Shown here: in pieces, positions 46,549 to 55,521 of the stretch
How the letters are laid out: the number at the start of each line of letters is the position of its first letter
Position numbering within the stretch: the first letter of the stretch is position 1
Assembly (NCBI GenBank): GCA_043742725.1
Contig: JAYTXX010000097.1
Span: 1 to 60,846, forward strand
Reading direction: 5' to 3'
Origin: Bacteroidota bacterium
Lineage (GTDB): Bacteria > Bacteroidota > Bacteroidia > 2-12-FULL-35-15
Length of the DNA: 60,846 nt
The notes under the pieces: generated by a model
Databases searched by the model: none
Told to the model about the DNA's origin: nothing
Seen by the model: only the letters and a program-made list of their open reading frames with translations
Position numbers and translations under genes: made by a program

Positions 46549-47691
46549 TTGGAGAACGAACAAAAAATAAAACAAGAAGAAAAAAAAATACGCAAAGGCA
46601 AACAATATTTTGCAAATCGTGTTGCAATGCTTTGCAATCATTTTGCTGTAGCTACTTTGCTAATTTCATATCTTGCTCCACAAGTAAGTCCCGAAAATTT
46701 TTGGTTTATTGCATTCTTCGGATTGGCTTATCCATTGCTTGTTATAATCAATATTGCTTTTGTAGTTTATTGGACAATTCAATTCAAAAAAAAAGCATTC
46801 TATTCGCTTATCGTTATTCTTTGTGGCTGGAGTTTAGTACACAGATATGTTCAATTGAATGATGAGCAAGACCTTGAGAAATCAAAAAAATTAATTAAAA
46901 TAATGTCTTACAATGTTAAGGTTTTTGATTTATACAATTGGTCGCACAATATAGAAACACGAGCAAAAATATTTGATTTAATTTCGGATGAAAGCTCCGA
47001 TATTATGTGTTTTCAAGAATTTTTTTCAAGAGATAGTAGTCGTTATAATAATTTAGATACGTTACTAAAATTTCAAAAAGCAAAAAATGTTCATGTGGAA
47101 TATACTTCACATGCTCGTTTGTTACAACATTTTGGCATTGCAACTTTTACTTCCTATCCAATAATTTCAAAAGGCAAAGTTGATTTTGGATATAGAAGCA
47201 ACAACATTTGTATTTATACCGATATAAAAATAGATGATGATACAATTCGTGTTTATAATATGCACTTGCAGTCCATTGCATTTAGTAGAGATGATTATAA
47301 ATACGCTGAAGAATTGCAAAAAGATATTGAAGCAGAAGACATAGAGCGCTCAAAAAATATTTTGAAACGATTAAAACTTGCATTTGAAAAACGTGCCGCA
47401 CAAGCTGATTTGATTGAACAAAGCATTGCTTCATCGCCTTATCCAGTAATTGTTTGTGGCGATTTTAATGATACTCCTGCATCTTATACCTACAATACTA
47501 TTTCAAAAAATTTAATAGATAGTTTTATTGAAAGTGGAAATGGTTTTGGAAAAAGCTATGTTGGTGCATTTCCTTCGTTTCGTATAGATTACATACTTCA
47601 CAGCAATAAATTTCAATCGTATAATTTCCAAACAATCCGAAAAGAATTATCGGATCATTTTCCTGTGATTACCAATTTGGAAATGAAATAA
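46549..47691 (+). CDS. Membrane-anchored endonuclease/exonuclease/phosphatase (EEP) family protein
   Basis: 380 aa. N-terminal TM helices, then the EEP motifs MSYNVKVF, CFQEF, VCGDFND and SDHFPV. The track start is TTG at 46549; an internal ATG (M27) is an alternative. Confidence 0.75.
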   Translation: MENEQKIKQEEKKIRKGKQYFANRVAMLCNHFAVATLLISYLAPQVSPENFWFIAFFGLAYPLLVIINIAFVVYWTIQFKKKAFYSLIVILCGWSLVHRYVQLNDEQDLEKSKKLIKIMSYNVKVFDLYNWSHNIETRAKIFDLISDESSDIMCFQEFFSRDSSRYNNLDTLLKFQKAKNVHVEYTSHARLLQHFGIATFTSYPIISKGKVDFGYRSNNICIYTDIKIDDDTIRVYNMHLQSIAFSRDDYKYAEELQKDIEAEDIERSKNILKRLKLAFEKRAAQADLIEQSIASSPYPVIVCGDFNDTPASYTYNTISKNLIDSFIESGNGFGKSYVGAFPSFRIDYILHSNKFQSYNFQTIRKELSDHFPVITNLEMK

Positions 47692-47694
47692 ATT

Positions 47695-49329
47695 TTATTG
47701 ATTTACTTTTTTTGTTCGTTTCAACGAAAGTAAATTCATACAATTTGGATTGAAATTTTGAATATTATTTTGTACCAAACGAACAACTTCATCGTAATAC
47801 AAAGGCACAATTGGCGCATCTTCCATCAGTATTCTATCCATTTGCTGATATTCTTCCTTGCGAATAGAATCGTTCAATTCCAATTGTGATTTTTCAAATA
47901 AAATATCAAATTGTGGATTTGAATAATGTGTGTAATTAAATGCTTGTGGACTAAAATTTTTGCTGTAAAAAAGTGAAAGAAAATTTTCTTCATCAGCATA
48001 ATCGCCAACCCACGATTTTCTAAAAAATGGAACTTTTGCATTGGCAATAGATTCAATCAATACAGATGGTTTTTGAATATCAATTTTTATTTTTATTCCC
48101 AGCTCTCCAAGTTGTGATTGAATGTATTCGGCTAATTCCAAATATTGTTCAGTACTTGCAAGTGTAATTTCTGGTAAGCCTTTTCCATCAGCAAATCCAG
48201 CCAAGAATAAAAGTTCTTTTGCTTTTTCAGGATTATAGTCATAACCTTTTACTTTTGTTTTATCAAACGATGGTAAACCTGGCGGAATAAAACCTGCGGT
48301 TGCAGGAGTTCCTAAATTTTTGCGCAAGTATTTTACCATTTTTACTCTATCAAAACCGTAGCCAATAGCTTGTCGCAAAGCTTTTATTTTGAATGGAGAA
48401 TTTTTTACTGAAGCCATATTTTCATCAATCAAAAAACCTAAATAATCTGTTTTTAAAAAAGGTGTTGCTTGTAAATAAAATTCATTTTTGAATTTATCTT
48501 TTAATAATCCATCTTCAGTTAATACTTCATCAGTGTTTATGGCATCAATTCCAGAAACCATATCAACATTGCCTTTCATAAATTCTAAAAAAGAAGTTTC
48601 TCTATCTTTAATAAACGAAATTGAAACTGCATCTAAATAGGGCAATTGTTTTTCTCCTTCATATTCAAAGTAGTTTTGATTTTTTACAAAAATTAATTTA
48701 TTGCCGTCATCCCACCTTTTAAATTGAAATGGACCAGTACCAACGGGATGTCTGCCAAAATCTTCACCGTAATGTTCAACACATTCTTTGGGAACAACCG
48801 AAAAATATTTCATTGTTAAAATTCCTATAAATGGCGAAAAAGATTTGTTCAAATGAATAATAAATGTGCTATCATTCGGTGCTTCAAAACCTTGTTGATG
48901 TTCAGTGTTTACATAATTTAAAAGTGAAATAGCAGATGAAACTTTTGAATCCAACAAACGATTGAAGCTATAAACAAAATCATTGGCAACTACTTTTCGT
49001 CCTTTGTTTTCGGGAAAAAATTCATTGTCGTGAAAAACAACATTTGTTTTTAAATTAAAAGTATACGTTAATCCGTCAGTTGAAATTGCCCACGATTTAG
49101 CAATAGAAGGCTGAACTTTGAGCGAATCATCCATTTCTACTAATCCATTGAACAATTGATTTACAGCCCAAATATTTTCTGTGTTTCGCGCAGCAGCAGG
49201 GTCGAGTGAGGTGATAGCACCCATTTCATTGTATTTAAAAACGGTGCGTGTATTGTTGTTTTTTTCATTGTTTGTTGAACAAGAAATTACAAACAATGCA
49301 AGGAATAAAAAAGTAATTAAATTCTTCAT
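47695..49329 (-). CDS. ABC-transporter substrate-binding lipoprotein, family 5 (peptide/nickel type)
   Basis: Start moved to the ATG at 49329 (MKNLITFLFLALFVISCSTNN, with a lipobox Cys). The long track version would overlap mtaB. Family-5 SBP-like sequence throughout. Confidence 0.75.
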   Translation of the reverse strand: MKNLITFLFLALFVISCSTNNEKNNNTRTVFKYNEMGAITSLDPAAARNTENIWAVNQLFNGLVEMDDSLKVQPSIAKSWAISTDGLTYTFNLKTNVVFHDNEFFPENKGRKVVANDFVYSFNRLLDSKVSSAISLLNYVNTEHQQGFEAPNDSTFIIHLNKSFSPFIGILTMKYFSVVPKECVEHYGEDFGRHPVGTGPFQFKRWDDGNKLIFVKNQNYFEYEGEKQLPYLDAVSISFIKDRETSFLEFMKGNVDMVSGIDAINTDEVLTEDGLLKDKFKNEFYLQATPFLKTDYLGFLIDENMASVKNSPFKIKALRQAIGYGFDRVKMVKYLRKNLGTPATAGFIPPGLPSFDKTKVKGYDYNPEKAKELLFLAGFADGKGLPEITLASTEQYLELAEYIQSQLGELGIKIKIDIQKPSVLIESIANAKVPFFRKSWVGDYADEENFLSLFYSKNFSPQAFNYTHYSNPQFDILFEKSQLELNDSIRKEEYQQMDRILMEDAPIVPLYYDEVVRLVQNNIQNFNPNCMNLLSLKRTKKVNQ

Positions 49330-49451
49330 AAACAATTTTACACATTCCTTTGCTATTAAATTATTCAAGTCAATTTCAATTATCAACAGTTTTTTGAACA
49401 ACAAATTTTTAAGTATGGAATAATGGTTTATTCCGTAAATTCGCAATCCGA

Positions 49452-50786
49452 ATGAAAAAAGTAGCATTTCATACATTAGGTTGTAAACTCAATTTTTCTG
49501 AAACAAGCACCATTGCACGTTTGTTTGAGGAGAATGGTTATCAAAAGGTTGATTTTTCGCAACCTTCGGATGTGTATGTAATTAATACTTGTTCTGTAAC
49601 AGCCAATGCTGATAAGGAATGTAAGCAAATTGTAAAATCGGCTTTGTCTGTTTCGCCCGAAGCTTATGTTGTTGTTGTTGGTTGTTATGCTCAACTAAAA
49701 CCCGAAGAAATTGCAAATATTGATGGTGTAGATTTGGTGTTGGGTGCTTCCGAAAAATTTAAGTTATTGAATTACCTAAACGATTTACAAAAAAAATCGA
49801 AAGCAGAAATTTACAGTTGTGAAATTGAAGAAGCCAATTTTTTTGTAGATGCTTATTCTTTTGGCGACAGAACTCGTGTGTTTTTAAAAGTTCAAGATGG
49901 TTGCGATTACAATTGTTCTTTTTGCACAATTCCTTTAGCACGTGGCAGTAGCCGTAGCGATAGCATTGAAAATGCTGTAAAGAATGCGAATGAAATTGCG
50001 AAACAAGATGTAAAAGAAATTGTTCTTACTGGTGTAAACCTTGGCGATTTTGGAAATAATTCAAGTAAAGAAGGAAACAAAAAACAACAAACATTTTTTG
50101 ATTTAGTTCAGGAATTAGAGAAAGTACAAGGCATTGAGCGTTTTCGTATTTCATCCATCGAACCAAATTTATTGAAAGATGAAATTGTAAAATTTGTTTC
50201 CACATCCAAACGATTTGTTCCACATTTTCATATTCCATTACAATCGGGAAGCAACAAAATTTTGAAAGCAATGCGCAGACGCTATTTACGCGAATTATAT
50301 AGCGATAGAGTTGCAAACATAAAATCATTGATGCCACATTGTTGCATTGGAGTAGATGTGATAGTTGGTTTTCCGGGCGAAACGGATGAAGATTTTTTGG
50401 ATACTTATAATTTTTTAAATCAATTGGATATTTCTTATTTGCATGTGTTCACTTATTCTGAACGTGATAATACAGATGCAATAACGCTCGAAAATGTTGT
50501 TCCTATTGCAACACGTAAAAAGCGAAATAAAATGTTACGAATACTTTCTGCAAAAAAACTTCGTCATTTTTATGAACAACATATAGGCGAAACACGCAGT
50601 GTACTTTTTGAAGCCGACAACAAAGATGGATTTATGCATGGCTTTACCGATAACTATATAAAAGTTAAAACTCCCTACAATCCTTTATTGGTAAATCAAT
50701 TAAAGCAAGTTAGATTGAAAGAATTAGATGTTGATGGAAATGTTTTGATTGCAGATGTTACAGAAACTATTTCTGCATTTGCATAA
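49452..50786 (+). CDS. mtaB: tRNA t6A37 methylthiotransferase MtaB (radical SAM)
   Basis: 444 aa. N-terminal MKKVAFHTLGCKLNFSE...INTCSVT, a radical-SAM CDYNCSFCTIP box and a C-terminal TRAM-like region. Confidence 0.85.
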   Translation: MKKVAFHTLGCKLNFSETSTIARLFEENGYQKVDFSQPSDVYVINTCSVTANADKECKQIVKSALSVSPEAYVVVVGCYAQLKPEEIANIDGVDLVLGASEKFKLLNYLNDLQKKSKAEIYSCEIEEANFFVDAYSFGDRTRVFLKVQDGCDYNCSFCTIPLARGSSRSDSIENAVKNANEIAKQDVKEIVLTGVNLGDFGNNSSKEGNKKQQTFFDLVQELEKVQGIERFRISSIEPNLLKDEIVKFVSTSKRFVPHFHIPLQSGSNKILKAMRRRYLRELYSDRVANIKSLMPHCCIGVDVIVGFPGETDEDFLDTYNFLNQLDISYLHVFTYSERDNTDAITLENVVPIATRKKRNKMLRILSAKKLRHFYEQHIGETRSVLFEADNKDGFMHGFTDNYIKVKTPYNPLLVNQLKQVRLKELDVDGNVLIADVTETISAFA

Positions 50787-50957
50787 AAAAAGAACAAAAA
50801 ATATTCAATAATATAACAAAAAATAGCTGGAAATTAAGTGCTAATAAAAACTATTTAAAACTTTAATTTTTTCAACAAAAATTTTCGCAATTGCAATAAA
50901 ATCAAGCTGTTGTTATTAACACTCCAAACTGCATAATAATAGCACAAAGCATTGAAG

Positions 50958-50965
50958 TATATTTG
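50958..50965 (+). promoter_or_regulatory. Candidate -7 promoter box (TAnnTTTG) for the SMC-like operon
   Basis: tatatttg lies 32 nt upstream of the ATG at 50997, within a 210-bp AT-rich gene-free leader. Confidence 0.3.
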
Positions 50966-50996
50966 AATATCAAACAAAATTTGAAACAGATATACA

Positions 50997-53678
50997 ATGC
51001 TTACAAGAATCTCTTTAATAAATTCTAAAGGTTACGGCAAAGCCGAACTAAAATTAGATAATTGCGACTCATTGCAATTGGTTGGTCCAAATAACATTGG
51101 AAAAAGTACATTGATTTATGCACTTAACTTTTTATTTGTTGTTGATGGACAAAAAATGTCGTTTAGCGGACAACGAAAGGGCGACAAAGAAACCATTCAC
51201 CATTATTTTCCTACACATAACAAAAGTTTTTTGGTTTTTGAAATCAATAAAATGGGATACTATTGTATTCTTGTAAAACGTAATACTGATGGGGAGTTGG
51301 AGTATTACAAAATAGATAGCGAATATAATGAAGAATACTTTTTTGAAAACGAAGGAACGCATCAGCGTTTGAGAAATTTTGATGAAACACTTGCTTTGTT
51401 TATTGAGAAAGGAATTGGGCATAGCAAGTTTGCAACAAAAACAGATGTGTTCAATCATGTTTATCATCGCGGAGTAAAAAATAATGCAGTTGTATGGTTG
51501 GAAGATACCGTGAAAGCTGATGGTTTGAGTAATAATTTTTCTAAAGTCTATCGTTATTTAATCAACTCAAAATTGATTACAAACAAAACACTAAAAGAAT
51601 CATTGATTATTGCTGATAACAGAGAAAATGAGGGACTAAATTTTTCGCAAAAAAATAAAAAAGACATTATTGATTTGTTGCGAATTAATGAAGAAATAAA
51701 AAGTGTAAAATCTGTACGTACCGATTTTCTTGAGTTTAGAGAGTTAGTGAAAATGTACAATTCAAAAACAAAAATTGTTGGTGAATTAATTTCTGCATTT
51801 AATACTTCATACACAGCAGCTATTCCAGAATTGGAAATTTCATCGGTAGAAAGAGGAAGACACATTGCTGCAGTTCATAATGAAATTAATGAAATACTGA
51901 AACCAAAAGAATTAAATTTCGCATCATACATAGGTGAAAAAAATGCAGAAATAAAGAACAAGACCAATTTACTTGGTGAGAAACAACACGAGCTAAATGA
52001 AATTAATAAATACGAATCAATTGATTTTTTGAAAGAATCGTTGCGCAATTTGGATAAGGAACGTAAAGAAATTGAAACGCGCATTACTACGATTGAAACT
52101 CAAAAATTATCGAGCAAACATTTGGAATTTCGTTTGGAAAAATTGAACGATAAAATTGCAGCAGTTGAAAATCAAATTGAAAATTACAACAACCTTTTGA
52201 TTCATAAAATTTCGGATAACGAAAAAACAAAACAGCTTTTAAATGCAATACTTTCGGAGCAAGTAATGAGTTTGCCAAGCAAGCAAATTAAAAAACCAAT
52301 CAAAAAATTATCGGACAAATTGTTGAATATTTTTGATGGTGAAATTGATATTTCAAAAGGTTTGGAATTAACAGAATTTCGTTCGGTTAAAGAATTGAAA
52401 GATGAATTGAAAACATTACAAGCGGAGAAAAAACAAACGGAAGAACTTTTGAAAACAGTTGTTGATAAAGAAAAAATCGATTTTAAATTGAAAAGTATTC
52501 TTGGCGAAATTGAAGTTATCAAAGAAAAAATAAAAGGTATTGAAACAAAACCTCAATTGGAAAGGGCAATTAAGGGCATTGTTGAAGAAATAAAAAATTT
52601 CACGGAAGATAAAAAAGAGTTGGAATTACATTTGAACGAATTGGTGAAGGAAATTTCGGGCAAACAAATTATGCTTGATAAATTGAATGAAGAAAAACGC
52701 AATTTTGAAACGCGCATTAGAGAATTAAAAGAACGTAAATTTGAAATTGAATCCATTGATGTAGAACCTTCGGAATATGAAACGAATGATAATTTGGATT
52801 ATATCTATTCAAAAATTCAAATTCATCAAAAAGATAGAATAGAGCTGAAAGCCAAGAAAGACGCTACTTTTGATAATTTGAAATATCGTTTGAGAAATAG
52901 TAGTGCAGATGAAGAACAATTTATTTTGTTTGTAGAAGAAGAAATTGCTTGCTTGTCTGACAAAGAAAGAAGTATTGATGGTTTGTTGCAAAGTATCTCT
53001 ACTCAATTTGCAAATCCTGCATACACATTACTCAAACGCTACGAAGAGTTCAAACAATTTGTATATAACAAGTTCAACGAAAAACTTTCAAAGACTCGTA
53101 TTTCAAATATTGAATCAATGAAAATTGAATTGCTAGATAACGAACGAATTATTGGCGAATTGAAAAAAATCGCTTCTATTCAGGAGTTCAACGGACAAAT
53201 GAGTTTTGAATTTGACCAATCCGAAAATTTAAAAATATTAAATACCTATTTGGATACAGGGAAAAAAGTAAGTTTTGATGAATTATTTAACATCGAATTA
53301 TTACTTCACATTCAAGGAACTGATAAGCGTGTGGACTTGGCAAATCAAGTAGAATCGGATGGTACCGACCGAATGATTCGTTTGGTAATGATTATGTCAA
53401 TCATCAACCGATTGGCAGTAACCGATGCGCAAAATAAAATTGCATTGTTCATTGATGAGGTTGCAACCATTGATAAACAAAACCGTCCAGAGCTTGTGAA
53501 GTTTTGTAAAGAACATAATTTCATTCCAATTTTTGCGGCACCCGATGCAGTTGAAGGATTTAATAAATACTATTTTATTTATCCATCAAAAGGAAAAATA
53601 AATATCAACGAAAAACAAAATGCTGTAATTGTTGAACGAAACGGAGTGGTGGAAAAACCTATTGCTAAAAAGAATTAG
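50997..53678 (+). CDS. SMC/MukB/JetC-like coiled-coil ATPase
   Basis: 893 aa. Walker A GPNNIGKST (aa 30-38, nt 51084-51110). About 400-450 aa of K/E/L/I heptad-rich sequence with a short central break. Signature-like ESDGTDRM (nt 53352-53375), Walker B ALFIDE (nt 53439-53459) and D-loop ATID. Confidence 0.75.
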   Translation: MLTRISLINSKGYGKAELKLDNCDSLQLVGPNNIGKSTLIYALNFLFVVDGQKMSFSGQRKGDKETIHHYFPTHNKSFLVFEINKMGYYCILVKRNTDGELEYYKIDSEYNEEYFFENEGTHQRLRNFDETLALFIEKGIGHSKFATKTDVFNHVYHRGVKNNAVVWLEDTVKADGLSNNFSKVYRYLINSKLITNKTLKESLIIADNRENEGLNFSQKNKKDIIDLLRINEEIKSVKSVRTDFLEFRELVKMYNSKTKIVGELISAFNTSYTAAIPELEISSVERGRHIAAVHNEINEILKPKELNFASYIGEKNAEIKNKTNLLGEKQHELNEINKYESIDFLKESLRNLDKERKEIETRITTIETQKLSSKHLEFRLEKLNDKIAAVENQIENYNNLLIHKISDNEKTKQLLNAILSEQVMSLPSKQIKKPIKKLSDKLLNIFDGEIDISKGLELTEFRSVKELKDELKTLQAEKKQTEELLKTVVDKEKIDFKLKSILGEIEVIKEKIKGIETKPQLERAIKGIVEEIKNFTEDKKELELHLNELVKEISGKQIMLDKLNEEKRNFETRIRELKERKFEIESIDVEPSEYETNDNLDYIYSKIQIHQKDRIELKAKKDATFDNLKYRLRNSSADEEQFILFVEEEIACLSDKERSIDGLLQSISTQFANPAYTLLKRYEEFKQFVYNKFNEKLSKTRISNIESMKIELLDNERIIGELKKIASIQEFNGQMSFEFDQSENLKILNTYLDTGKKVSFDELFNIELLLHIQGTDKRVDLANQVESDGTDRMIRLVMIMSIINRLAVTDAQNKIALFIDEVATIDKQNRPELVKFCKEHNFIPIFAAPDAVEGFNKYYFIYPSKGKININEKQNAVIVERNGVVEKPIAKKN

Positions 53679-53686
53679 AGTAATTT

Positions 53687-54880
53687 ATGAAAGCAGAACC
53701 AAGAACCATACTGCGCTTTTTGCTTGAGTATTTTGATGTAGTAAATGATTTGTACGAAATTCAACTTACACAAGGCGTAATTGCGTACGAATCGTTAAAT
53801 CAAGTTACCACAAAGCATAATAGCGATATCAAATCACAATTGATTGACTATAAAATTATTGTGAGTGTGAATGATAATTTTGAAATTCGAACGGTTTATT
53901 TCAACTTAATTGAATTTATATTAAGTGAATTTAAACCAATGTTGCCCGAAACGATTGAGAAATATCACGTTTCGATTGCAGAATTGTTTCGTAAAATCAA
54001 AGAAAATATTAAAGGCGATAAAGTAATTTTAAACCAACGATTGAGTGATTTGGCAAATGAAATTCGCACGTTTTACGAAATGGTTGAAAAAAATACCATT
54101 AGTTTATTGAACGAAACACGAGAATTAAAAGCCAATGTAAAGAAAATTGATTACCGCGAAAAAATTGTTCGAGCATCGCGTTGGATTGACGAATACATTA
54201 TTCCATTGAATAAAATTTTGGACATCAATCATAGCACATCTATTGCAAATAAATTGTACGATATTTCGGAATATTCAAATAAATTTCGTTTGAATTTTGA
54301 TGAAGAATCATCGCGTGTGTTGTTTGAAAAGCTTTATTTTCAATTGATTCAGGTGAATGATAATTTATTGCGTCAATCAAAAATTTTGACAAATGAGTTG
54401 CTTCCATTGATTGAACGCATAAGAACGGAATCAATTATTTTAACAGGTTGGATTACTTTCTTAAAAAATCCATACAAGCGCAAAGTGCCAAAATTATTGA
54501 AGCGCAAAGAAGTTTCGATTTATTCGCCAAGCACATTTTTTAATGCTGCAGAAATGTTTGAGCAATTTAAAAATGATACCGATATTTATTTTGAAGAAGA
54601 AGAAGTGGATTCGGAAAAATGGATTTTTGATAAAGAACATTACTCCAAAAAATTAAAAGAAAGTTTACCTGTAGATAATTTTTTTAAATGGTGTAGCAAA
54701 ACATTAAAAGAAGATTACAAAAAAACAGAAATTGAAAAATTCTTTGCACTTACAAGTTTGGCTTTTGATGAAGAAATTCAGTTGGAATATGCTACCAAAG
54801 CCGAGTTTGACAAAATTAAAATTAACGATTTAACATTAACAGTTCCTAAAATAAAAATGAATCAACATGGAATTTCCTAA
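53687..54880 (+). CDS. Helical protein of unknown function in the kleisin (MksF/JetA) position
   Basis: 397 aa, 8 nt after the ATPase stop, with no TM segment and no catalytic motif recognised. The kleisin assignment rests on context and size only. Confidence 0.35.
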   Translation: MKAEPRTILRFLLEYFDVVNDLYEIQLTQGVIAYESLNQVTTKHNSDIKSQLIDYKIIVSVNDNFEIRTVYFNLIEFILSEFKPMLPETIEKYHVSIAELFRKIKENIKGDKVILNQRLSDLANEIRTFYEMVEKNTISLLNETRELKANVKKIDYREKIVRASRWIDEYIIPLNKILDINHSTSIANKLYDISEYSNKFRLNFDEESSRVLFEKLYFQLIQVNDNLLRQSKILTNELLPLIERIRTESIILTGWITFLKNPYKRKVPKLLKRKEVSIYSPSTFFNAAEMFEQFKNDTDIYFEEEEVDSEKWIFDKEHYSKKLKESLPVDNFFKWCSKTLKEDYKKTEIEKFFALTSLAFDEEIQLEYATKAEFDKIKINDLTLTVPKIKMNQHGIS

Positions 54881-55394
54881 TCATCACCGACAAATTGTAG
54901 AAGATTTATTAAGTGGAAAATTTATTTTACCACAAGAACGAACGTATCAAGTATTGAAAGAAAACGAACCTTCATATTCTTATTTTTTCAAAGCATCATT
55001 CAATTATGAATTGCGACTCACGCAAGATTACGCTTATGTAGTTTCAGACGAATCAAACGAAATGCTCTCTCGCGATGTGTGTATTTTTATTGCATTGTTG
55101 AGCTATGAATTGGATAGAGATGGAAAAAATTTCTTGGAAAGAATTCAGTTTAGTGAATTTGAAATGGAAGAAATTGAAAATTATTTTACCAATTCATCTT
55201 ACATTGATTTGATTTTATCAAACAAACAATTGAAAGATGCAGATGCTCGTAAAAACTTTATCAATACGCTAAACCGCAGAAATATTATTGAAAAAACTGG
55301 AGATAATCGTTTTGTATTTACTTCGGCACATAAATTTTTTATGGATTTTGCAAGTGATATTGTGAAGTACGAAAATGCCGAAAAGGAAAATTAA
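54867..55394 (+). CDS. MksE/JetB (DUF4194)-like small subunit
   Basis: 175 aa, overlapping the upstream gene by 14 nt. IVEDLLSGKFILPQE..TYQVL......YFFKASFNYELRLTQDYAYVVS parallels the LLKGVVY...GLELxLDExEGYAFL pattern of MksE/JetB. Recognised by eye only. Confidence 0.5.
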   Translation: MEFPNHHRQIVEDLLSGKFILPQERTYQVLKENEPSYSYFFKASFNYELRLTQDYAYVVSDESNEMLSRDVCIFIALLSYELDRDGKNFLERIQFSEFEMEEIENYFTNSSYIDLILSNKQLKDADARKNFINTLNRRNIIEKTGDNRFVFTSAHKFFMDFASDIVKYENAEKEN

Positions 55395-55417
55395 TTTTTT
55401 ATTTGAATAAAATTAAC

Positions 55418-55439
55418 AAGGGACGAAAGTCCCTTTTTT
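55418..55439 (+). terminator. Rho-independent terminator closing the triad operon
   Basis: aagggac gaaa gtccctt followed by tttt (GAAA tetraloop hairpin), 24 nt after the stop at 55394. Confidence 0.8.
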
Positions 55440-55521
55440 ATTATTGAATAAGCAAATCGAGTATTTGTTTTTGTAACTTCGCCTCAATTTATTTTTCATT
55501 CATACATTTTAATTTCCTTTC

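Noticed and set aside
49330-49476. Long N-terminal extension of the substrate-binding protein ORF (track start at 49476)
   Set aside because: The extension would overlap the mtaB start and lacks signal-peptide character. The internal ATG at 49329 gives a textbook lipoprotein signal (LFVISC). Similar trimming was applied at 8778, 11516, 20746, 27129, 36828, 40235, 41061 and 57724.
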